In this document: positions 35,270-44,319 of the stretch, piece by piece
Layout: each line of letters opens with the position of its first letter
Position numbering within the stretch: the stretch's first letter is position 1
Assembly: GCF_001194135.2 (NCBI RefSeq)
Contig: NC_068981.1
Coordinates: 67,536,319-67,580,637, forward strand
From: Octopus bimaculoides
Taxonomy: Eukaryota
Length of the DNA stretch: 44,319 nucleotides
Direction of reading: 5' to 3'
The notes under the pieces: model-generated
Told to the model about the DNA's origin: nothing
Databases searched by the model: none
What the model saw: only the letters and a program-made list of their open reading frames with translations
Program-made: the position numbers and the translations under genes

Positions 35270-36200
35270 CAATGTGATCTTGTACATGGATGACACCCTA
35301 GCACTCTCAAAACATATGAGCTGTCGTGCAATGGCTAAGTTTAAGCGGAATCTTTTAAATAACTCCATAGAATTCGGCTAAACTATAGCTAATCCTAGTA
35401 CCTTAAAGAAAATCGGCTTCTTGAACGTAACATTTGTCTTAGCCCAACTAAGAAACTATATGCAGAGCTATTCTAACCAGCTTCCAACTGTAATTAGAGA
35501 CTTAGTCGCAAGTATCAGCAGAAGTATCTTCAAACTATTAGCGAACAACGGGCAAGGTTTAACTGAGTAGTACCCGAGAATAACACGATACACTATCGAA
35601 TAGTGACTTTTCCGATAATTTAGTGTATCTGGAATATCCACAACTGTACAGTCAAACCCGTGGGAAAAGGCAGACAATTGACTTAATTTTCCATCTAAAT
35701 GAATCTCTCAATGTAGCTAGGAGATACATGATGCTAAGTAAAAGGTATTTTCCAAGAACTCTCAGACACCATAAACTCACTATTTCCCATAATGTGAACG
35801 TTAGCAACAGTAATATCGCTTCAAACATTTTACGGTTATTCAGAAGCATACATACGACGACATAATCATCACATGTAAGTTCCAAAATACTACCAACTAC
35901 CCATTGCAAAGATCCTGCAGCTGAAATGTCGTGAGGTACTCTCAAATCATTCGAGGGTGTTAGGAGATACTCCACGGATATTAGAGGCAATGTTTTTTTA
36001 AGACAATATACACTACATATATTCACTCCTTCAGGTGTTGGGATAGAGAGAATTTGCCCTCATTATCCCGCTCTAGCTGGTGATTCTGGGAACATTAACC
36101 TCCAACTGAGCTTCATTAATGGCGCCTCTTATTATTCACCTCGAGTTCGCAGTTACCAAATTTACATTCGTGGGAAACTTTACATATTCCACTGGCCTGA
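35270..36200 (+). mobile_element. Decayed 5'-truncated Penelope-like element (Neptune type): RT catalytic motif through GIY-YIG
   Basis: LYMDDTLALSK (YMDD at 35283-35294)...KKIGFLNVTF; GKRQ.I..FH..ESLNVARRYMMLSKRYFPRTLRHHKL..HNVNVS (resembles RKRNIIWFNPP..NV...FL.LI.KHFP..H..HK.F..N.VKVSYS); RYSTDIRGNVFLRQYTLH.HSFR; NINLQLSFINGASYYSPRVRSYQIYIRGKLYI. Confidence 0.75.
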
Positions 36201-36789
36201 AGTTTTCCATCAATAAATAAATCTCTGTCTTATTATTGCCACCGGAGGTATACCCTAATGCAAATCTATTGACCGACCGCAAATAACTCAGGTATATCAC
36301 CTAGCGATCCAACGAGCCAACGGTGGATTTTAGAATTTCTGCTGCTGTACAGATTACAGAAAACTATCACTCATATTAGTCAGTGAAAATCCTATGTAAC
36401 TTGGCACTATCAGAAGTGTCAGACCTTGTATCTGTCGTCACTGAAATATCGCAAACTACAGAATAAAGAGTAACTGACACCAGCATGTTGCTTCTCTAAC
36501 ACGTGTAGCAGTCAAAGTAATAAATTACTGTCGCTCAACTATTACATCCTGCAGTATACCGACAAATAGGAGCTTACAAGATTCTGCCCAATTGCAGGTA
36601 CCTTCATCAAAGGAACTGATGTTAATATGTTTGCAAAACTAACGTAACACCTAAACAGAACGATTTTCAGCTTAGAGTAGTACATTAAATATGATTAAAA
36701 TATCTTCACACTTGTCGGAACGTGATACAGGCGTGTTATTAGGAGCTGATTCGCAGTACATGTAGTTACACCCCCCCCCACACACACAC

Positions 36790-36821
<32 letters not shown>

Positions 36822-37843
36822 GCACAAAACCACACACAGACACACACACACATTTCTATATATAATGTAACATCCAGAAATCGAGGTGTAGGAAGAAGGC
36901 TAGTTTAAATGAATCCTTAATAAATATATAAAACAAACTTTCATGGACAATAGTAGTTTATTGAAACGGAAAGTTGTGGGTCTTTTTCGTATCGAAATAC
37001 GATAAACTCATTGAATCTTCCATGCCTTAACATGTACCTCCATGCGACAAAGTAAACTCTCATTTAATCAAGATATCCTTGACCTGATGAGTAGCCGGCG
37101 CTATACCTCTCACTTTGATATTTAGCATTTCTGAGGTTCCCCTCGCTATGAAGCATATGTAGCCCTGATCTTATCTACTTCATCCTGTAACTCTTGTATA
37201 TATATATATATNNNNNNNNNNNNNNNNNNNNNNNNNNNNNNNNNNNNNNNNNNNNNNNNNNNNNNNNNNNNNNNNNNNNNNNNNNNNNNNNNNNNNNNNN
37301 NNNNNNNNNNNNNNNNNNNNNNNNNNNNNNNNNNNNNNNNNNNNNNNNNNNNNNNNNNNNNNNNNNNNNNNNNNNNNNNNNNNNNNNNNNNNNNNNNNNN
37401 NNNNNNNNNNNNNNNNNNNNNNNNNNNNNNNNNNNNNNNNNNNNNNNNNNNNNNNNNNNNNNNNNNNNNNNNNNNNNNNNNNNNNNGAGAGAGAGAGAGA
37501 GAGAGGTTATAAGCGGTAGTGGTGTCAATTAGACCCAGAAGTTTCAGGTAATGCTGAGTAAGTGCTATGGATAGACCACTGTTAAGCTCCAGGTTCGGTG
37601 ATTATGCGAATAAGGGGTTCAACGTAGGTCAAATATCAGCGTGTGAATATAAGGATTTAATTTTCGCAATGAGATAAAACAAACCAAGGCTGTGTATACA
37701 TACATGCATACATATATATATGTATGTATGTATGTATGTATACACACACATCAACATACACACACACACACACACATATATATATTTCGTAATGAGATAA
37801 AAAAAGACCAAGGCTGTGTGCATTATAGACTATTTATAAATAG

Positions 37844-37891
37844 GTCTTACAGCTGTTTCCAGGATATTTATTATATTCTTTCATCGGAGAC
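37844..37891 (-). ncRNA. Minimal type-I hammerhead motif (family 1)
   Basis: Minus strand GTCT-CCGATGA-aaga-ATAT-aataa-ATAT-cctg-GAAAC-AGCT-GTA-AGAC. Confidence 0.7.
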
Positions 37892-37945
37892 GGTGTGATG
37901 GGATGGTTAAGCAGTAGTTAATTTAGATAACCATCCTCTCACACC

Positions 37946-37993
37946 GTCTCCGATGAAGAGATATAATAAATATCCTGGAAACAGCTGTAAGAC
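37946..37993 (+). ncRNA. Minimal type-I hammerhead motif (family 1)
   Basis: GTCT (37946-49)-CCGATGA-aga-GATAT-aataa-ATATC-ctg-GAAAC-AGCT-GTA-AGAC (37990-93). Stem I is 4 bp and stem III is palindromic. Predicted cleavage after 37989. Confidence 0.75.
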
Positions 37994-38051
37994 CTATTTA
38001 TAAATGTTCTATAATGTACACAGCGTTGGTCTTTTTTTATCTCATTACGAA

Positions 38052-38082
<31 letters not shown>

Positions 38083-38311
38083 CGTGTGTGTACGTTGATG
38101 CGTGTGTATACATACATACATAGATACATATATATATGTAGGCATGTATGTATACACAGACATCAACATATATATATATATATATNNNNNNNNNNNNNNN
38201 NNNNNNNNNNNNNNNNNNNNNNNNNNNNNNNNNNNNNNNNNNNNNNNNNNNNNNNNNNNNNNNNNNNNNNNNNNNNNNNNNNNNNNCAAGAGTTACAGGA
38301 TGGATTAGATG

Positions 38312-38343
<32 letters not shown>

Positions 38344-38489
38344 CATATACAAAGTATAGGGATTTAGTTCACAGGTCATCTAGACGATTAAGTACGCTAG
38401 GTAAGTGCTGTAATGTATTACTAAGTCTCCAAGGTTATACCCGAGACAGTAGTTATGGAGCCATTGCAGATTTCCGATATTTATACATA

Positions 38490-39790
38490 TCGTACATATC
38501 GTGGTGGGAAGGGCTGTCCAACACAGCTCCTCCACCACTTTGATGGCATCTTAAATGTACTAAGTGAGGGCTCCAACGTGGTTGTCAGATACCTTGATTT
38601 CAGGGAGGCCTTTGACAAAATCGAACATAATATACTGTTAAGGAAACTATCCAAAACTGGAGTCGGTCGAAAGCTACCTCAATCGATTAGGCATTTCCTA
38701 ACAAACAGGGCCCAGAATGTTGTGGTTGATGGTATCCACTCAAGACCATCAAAATTCATCAGCGGAGTCTCGCAGGGTACTGTGCTGGGTCCATTTATTT
38801 TTATTGTCTGTAACAATGACAATGCAGATTCCATTGAACATAGCACCATAAAAATATTTGCACGTAACTCTAAGCTCGACAATGTCATTAAGGGAGCATA
38901 CGATCGAACAATGCTTCAATCGAACCTATGCGCAGTAATCCAGTGATAAAAAAAAAAAACAATATGCAGCTGAAGAATGAAAAATTTGAGTTCATCCACT
39001 TTGGAAAAGAAGGCCTACTTAAGCGCACTCAAGTGACCATATATACTACCGTCAGCGGACCTACTTGAACCGTCACATAATATCAGAGTTTTAGGTGTAT
39101 CTATCGACAGCAAGCTTAGCTGGAGTGTACACATCAACAAAAAAGTCAATGTTGCCAGTAGAATGTGCTCATGGATCCTCAGAATTCTTCAATCTAGGGA
39201 TCATGAAACATCATCCTTCTCTTCTGATTCGCTAGACTCCACCTCGAATACTGCTGCCCATTGTTGTCTCCCTACAAAATACAAGACATAATGAGGATTG
39301 AAGCGCCACAAAGATCAATCACAAAAAATGCCATGATGGGACTTGATTATTTGGCTCGACTTAAGCATCTAAAGCCCTATTCTCTGCAAAGCCGCCGTGA
39401 GTGATACTTTGTTTGCACCATGTGGAAAATATTCCACCGATATTATCCAAATAATATTGGTATTATGTTTACAATTCACCCAAGACTAGGCGCCCGTACA
39501 ATGCATCCCCTACAAAATTCTAGATCACATCACATAAGAACATTGCCTTACAATTTCTTCACTGCAAAAGGTCCTGCACTTTTCAATGTTATCCCGAGAG
39601 AAATTAAAGTAGGAAAAGACGCCACAACTTTCAAACGCTACCTGGAAAAATTCATCCAGGAAAGACCGGATAAACCAGCTACACTTGGATACGTTTCAAG
39701 TAACAACAACTCTCACCTTGAGTGGTCCATGGTGAACCGAAATAATTAGCTAATTGCCTTTTCCAATCTAAGTTATCTAAGTTATCTAAA
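38490..39790 (+). mobile_element. 5'-truncated CR1/L2-group (APE-type) LINE: RT domain and 3' end, inactivated
   Basis: GKGCPTQLLHHF..YLDFREAFDKIEH..GVSQGTVLGPFIFIVCNND..IKIFARNSKL (FADD destroyed); stop and A-run at about 38944-38960; RVLGVSIDSKLSWSVHI; EYCCPL; YSLQSRRE; FTAKGPALFNVIPREIK..FKRYLEKFI..PDKP. Confidence 0.92.
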
Positions 39791-40080
39791 AAATATATAC
39801 CGCTATTGTATTAAATTACATAATTGAATGTGTGTGCATGGTACATGCGTTCTTGTGCAAGTATATTTGTATGTTAACGTATAGGAATATGCATGTGTAT
39901 GTGTACATGCATTCCGTATGCCCACATAGATTTAGTGTTCGATATGTTAATGATATTTAATCTTGCATTGACATCATTGCTTTTAAATTCAGAGAATATT
40001 ATCGTGCCTTTCAATATACATCTATGCGTATGAACTCATAGATACTTCCTTAAATCATTATTGCCTTAATTGTTCACAAT

Positions 40081-40457
40081 CTTTTCTATTTACTTTTAAA
40101 TATTTCCGTCATTTGACCGCCGCAATGCTGGGGCAACGCCTTTATGAATTTTCAGTCGAAGGTATCGACTCCAGAACATACGTTTTTAAAGCCTGATACT
40201 TATTTTATTGGTCACGTTTGCCGTACCACTAGATTATAGGGACGTAAACACACTAGCACCGGTTGTCAAGTGGTGGTGGATGGCCAAGCGCAGATATAAA
40301 GACACACAAACGCACACAAACGCACACCACCTATATCACTCTTTCTCTCTCTCTCTCTCTGTATATACACATATATATATATATATATANNNNNNNNNNN
40401 NNNNNNNNNNNNNNNNNNNNNNNNNNNNNNNNNNNNNNNNNNNNNNNNNNNNNNNNN

Positions 40458-40505
<48 letters not shown>

Positions 40506-40654
40506 GAGAGAGGGACTCCGTTTAAATCTACTCACAATGCATTGGTCAGCCCGAGGCTATAGTAGAAGGCACTTTTTCAAGGTGCTGCGCAGTGGGACTG
40601 AATCTTGAACCATGTGTTTCGGAAGTTAATGTCCGCACAGCCACGCCTACGCCT
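40081..40654 (-). mobile_element. Diverged SINE family A copy with an expanded internal microsatellite and gap
   Basis: Colinear with 4369-4922 (catttgaccgccgcaatgctgg, gacgtaaacacactagcaccggttgtcaag, gcccgaggctatagtagaag, gcgcagtgggactgaa, cacagccacgcctacgcct). Confidence 0.85.
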
Positions 40655-42226
40655 CCCTTTTATCAATATTGAAAGCATTTTATTTTATCAATACTTAGTA
40701 AGACATTTGAAAACATAGACTGAACCATTTGCTATAGCTTATCTCAAATATATAGTAGTTCGATGTAATTTATTACAAAATATTTCCTAATATTAGGGTA
40801 AATATTTTGATGCTGGAACATAGTCAGCTGGAAACGCCAGATTTTCAATACAATAAATCTGACTCATATTCTAATTATTACATCAAATATACTCATACTG
40901 AGCGTTAAATGGTGTGATGAAATATTGCTGGTACATATTCCAAAAATTTTTATAAAAGCTTTTACATATGAAAGAGGATATATAAATTTTAATATTTATA
41001 TATTAGGAAAAAGAAAACAATAAATATTGATATACTGAAATTGAATGTAAATAATTTTGAAAAAAAGCAAACAAAATGAAAATAATTGAAACTTACCTTT
41101 TGATCAAAAAAGTGTCTGTGAAATTCCATTTTCTTTTTTATTTGGTCTTAGAGATGTTAAATTTCCAAAATATGATAATTACCTCTACTCCATAATGGCA
41201 CTTCATTAAGAGAATTTGCAAATTCTTCATGAAAATCGGGTGAATTGTTAGGCTGAGCAATTTCCACAACGATACATTTTAAAATACCAACTTGAATGTC
41301 CGACGTTCTTTGTAAAGGTTCCATAAAATTTTGCATAGTTTGGAATAAATTCGTGATAAAATGTTCGATATTTTGTTTTTTTGAAGATGAACAACAAGAA
41401 TTGATGTAAAAATTTGCATTATATCTTATAGTATTTTCTTGTATTCAAAGTGATAAAAAATGCTTTCCATTTCATCTACGTTATAAATCAATTATTTAGG
41501 AATGTAAAATGAAGTTGTCTGAAGCATAGATATGATATGAATGAATGACATTTTTTATGAGCTGCAAGTCAAAACACCAAGTGAAAACAATTATTAGAAT
41601 GGTAAAACACCATTATAAATACTGCATTGGATCAGCGATATCCAAAGAGTAACTGAAAGATAAGAATGTTCATTACATAGCATTCATAAACTGTAGGTTT
41701 GAACTACATAATCAGGTTCATATGAAAAGAGAGCCGAGAATATGCATACAATTATTTCAGTAAAAGAAGTATATTATATATTATATATCATGTGTTATAT
41801 ATTATATGTTACATAATGTGTGTGCGTGCTTGTGTGTGTGTATATATTATATACAAATAAGCAACAAGGATATCCAAAGNNNNNNNNNNNNNNNNNNNNN
41901 NNNNNNNNNNNNNNNNNNNNNNNNNNNNNNNNNNNNNNNNNNNNNNNNNNNNNNNNNNNNNNNNNNNNNNNNNNNNNNNNNNNNNNNNNNNNNNNNNNNN
42001 NNNNNNNNNNNNNNNNNNNNNNNNNNNNNNNNNNNNNNNNNNNNNNNNNNNNNNNNNNNNNNNNNNNNNNNNNNNNNNNNNNNNNNNNNNNNNNNNNNNN
42101 NNNNNNNNNNNNNNNNNNNNNNNNNNNNNNNNNNNNNNNNNNNNNNNNNNNNNNNNNNNNNNNNNNNNNNNNNNNNNNNNNNNNNNNNNNNNNNNNNNNN
42201 NNNNNNNNNNNNNNNNNNNNNNNNNN

Positions 42227-42296
<70 letters not shown>

Positions 42297-43419
42297 CATT
42301 TATCTTTCTTATACATATGCATGATATAAATGTATATAATTTCATTAATTTCTTAACAGTCTGAACCCGTAAAAAGGAGATTAACTGCTATTTCTCATGG
42401 AGGAATATTTTCGCCGTAGACAAAACGGTGTGAACACATCATTTCGAAGCGCCCTCTTCCGGCTTGTTGAATGCATGCATTTCGAATTGTATATCTTCTC
42501 ATCGGTATCAAACTACCAAAAAGCTGAGGCAACTCTGAATTGACAAAGAAATGAGGTTCCTATTATAGGGAATCAATGAACGTGTTACAACTGATGGAGC
42601 TTTTCGGTTGCCACACCGTAGTAAAATACATATAAAAAGCACTAAGTAGTGATCGCGATGAATATAAATTTCTTATTATTTCAAATATGTCTCGGAAATA
42701 TCGACTCTCTTTTCAAGGTTTCATACAGGCGAAAAGATAATCAATTCGAAATGCATGTAACCACCAATGTGCAAGAGAGCGCATCAACTAACCACAGTGT
42801 GTTTGCAACAAGGATATTTTCCATGACAAACAGCTATGAATAGACTTCTTACGTGTTCTAAAATATCTCAGACAAAGCTTAATCCCGTATCCATTTTATA
42901 TTGATTCCAATCAGTGTTCAGTGTTTCTAATCCCTGTATAGTTATATTATAATAAATATATGTTACTTGCAAAAACATATATACAATATATACACGTATA
43001 TTTATACATAGATGGCTCAATGCATTAGTATATACATAACACTATGTATATATGTACATATATTATGTATTACACACACACATACACACACACTATATAT
43101 ATATATATATAACTATATATAACTATATATNNNNNNNNNNNNNNNNNNNNNNNNNNNNNNNNNNNNNNNNNNNNNNNNNNNNNNNNNNNNNNNNNNNNNN
43201 NNNNNNNNNNNNNNNNNNNNNNNNNNNNNNNNNNNNNNNNNNNNNNNNNNNNNNNNNNNNNNNNNNNNNNNNNNNNNNNNNNNNNNNNNNNNNNNNNNNN
43301 NNNNNNNNNNNNNNNNNNNNNNNNNNNNNNNNNNNNNNNNNNNNNNNNNNNNNNNNNNNNNNNNNNNNNNNNNNNNNNNNNNNNNNNNNNNNNNNNNNNN
43401 NNNNNNNNNNNNNNNTATA

Positions 43420-44282
43420 CGAGAGGGTAACCGAAAGAAACTGGAATCCTGCAGTATTAACCTATTCACTTAGTTTTACATGTTTACACGATTATCGCCT
43501 CCAAAGTATTTTCCATTTGAATCAATGCATAGGTTCAGACGTATTTTCCACTGTTCGAAATAGTGCTGGAACTCTTGCAAAGTGACGACTTTTAACACCT
43601 CTGTCGATTTTTATTCATCTCTTCCAAATCTGCAAATTACGTAGCACCAGTGTTGACCTTCGAAAAAACTTTTGGTCTCAACTACCACCTGTCCTTTCAT
43701 TTCATGATGCGCATTTAGTCGCGACTACTTTTGATTGTCTGTTAGCAAATGTGGCACAAATTTTGCTGCAACTCATTTCATACGCAATTCCCCGCTCAAA
43801 AGTAAGTCATTAGCAGGAGTTATAGGACACACCAGTCATATCAACAATTTCTTCAACTGTACGATGATTGTCCTCCAATTTTTATGATGTTTTCATTCGT
43901 TGAGGATGTTGACAGTCGCCTTGAACGAGGTTCCTATTCAAGCGACAAGTGACCATGCTTAAAGCGTGGAAACCACTTGTAAACGTGTGTTTTGCACATG
44001 ACAGCATCCTTATAAGCTGTTTAGTGCATGACAACTGTTTCGGTCACCTTTTCCCTCAACAGTAAAGAGAATTTCACGGAAGCATGCTGTTCCTTCTTTT
44101 CAGCCTTCTCAAAAATCGAGGAGCAGCGAGGAATCACAGCAAAACAAAAATGCACTACGAGGCAGAAGGACTACTTTCGACGACATCGGTCCGCCGAATG
44201 TAGACTGAGGTTCACATCAAATTCCAGAAGCCTGAACTACAGCGGGCTTGTCCCACAGAGAACACGTCCGGTTACTCTTATG
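43420..44282 (-). mobile_element. Internally deleted, non-autonomous mariner element with imperfect TIRs and TA flanks
   Basis: Left TA|cgagagggtaaccgaa and right tccggttactcttatg|TA. Minus-strand pseudo-transposase KEQHASVKFSLLL..ETVVM.*TAYKDAVMCKTHVYKWFPRFKHG..EPRSRR.STS..RTVEEIVDMTGVS..VAAKFVPHLLT..KVNTG is joined to FADLEEMNKKSTEVLK..EFQHYFEQWK.RL..CIDSNGKYF. Confidence 0.9.
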
Positions 44283-44319
44283 TACTCTATCGAGTATATA
44301 TATATATATATATATATAT

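Larger units (their letters stand above)
37690..38159. repeat. Fold-back inverted repeat, arms 37690-37909 and 37928-38159, 18-nt loop (PLE pseudo-LTR family 1)
   Basis: The arms are reverse complements with scattered substitutions. The ORF track shows nearly the same peptide (FRNEIKKDQ.CVHYR.FINRSYSCFQDIYYI.SSETV) on both strands. Confidence 0.95.
1110..43415. other. More than 20 assembly gaps (N runs), almost all bordered by (TA)n, (CA)n, (GA)n or (AAT)n tracts
   Basis: Direct reading. These gaps explain all poly-X ORFs in the track. Confidence 0.95.

Noticed and set aside
37084-37110. CTGATGA followed by a hairpin GTAGC-CGGC-GCTAT
   Set aside because: The required GAAA after stem II is absent (ACCT) and there is no stem III or cleavage triplet.
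41091-41400. Strong minus-strand donor AAG|GTAAGT with a roughly 70-codon open stretch upstream
   Set aside because: No convincing acceptor, no homology, and the stretch contains a repeat-type CCGATTTTCATGAAG motif.
1032-43585. Dozens of long ORFs made of X, YI/HT/CV dipeptides or homopolymers
   Set aside because: They are translations of N-gaps and microsatellites, not genes.
1-44319. CRISPR arrays, rRNA or genuine tRNA genes
   Set aside because: No repeat-spacer array or rRNA seen; A/B-box sequences belong to SINE heads and do not fold as complete tRNAs.

Overview
AT-rich eukaryotic scaffold full of microsatellites and N-gaps. The tRNA-derived SINEs and the (TA)n/(CA)n/(AAT)n load look most like an octopus (coleoid cephalopod) draft genome; this is inferred from remembered repeat families, not from a search. 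No intact, recognisable protein-coding gene is present, and nearly all long ORFs in the track are N-gap or microsatellite artefacts. The window is a graveyard of mobile elements: two families of tRNA-derived SINEs (one copy nested in the other with a TSD), several R4/Dong-like RLE non-LTR retrotransposon relics tied to (TAA)n tracts, a HERO-like relic, a 5'-truncated CR1/L2-group LINE, an internally deleted mariner, and at least three Penelope-like element (PLE) relics. The most interesting signal is five minimal type-I hammerhead-ribozyme motifs of two sequence families. Four sit in two fold-back (inverted pseudo-LTR) structures at about 28.9-29.7 kb and 37.7-38.2 kb. One family shares a non-canonical CCGAUGA core and the other has a very long stem II. 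A repeat-free stretch at 15.8-17.3 kb holds a chain of four well-signalled + strand exons that could encode an unannotated spliced lncRNA or a 42-aa micropeptide.
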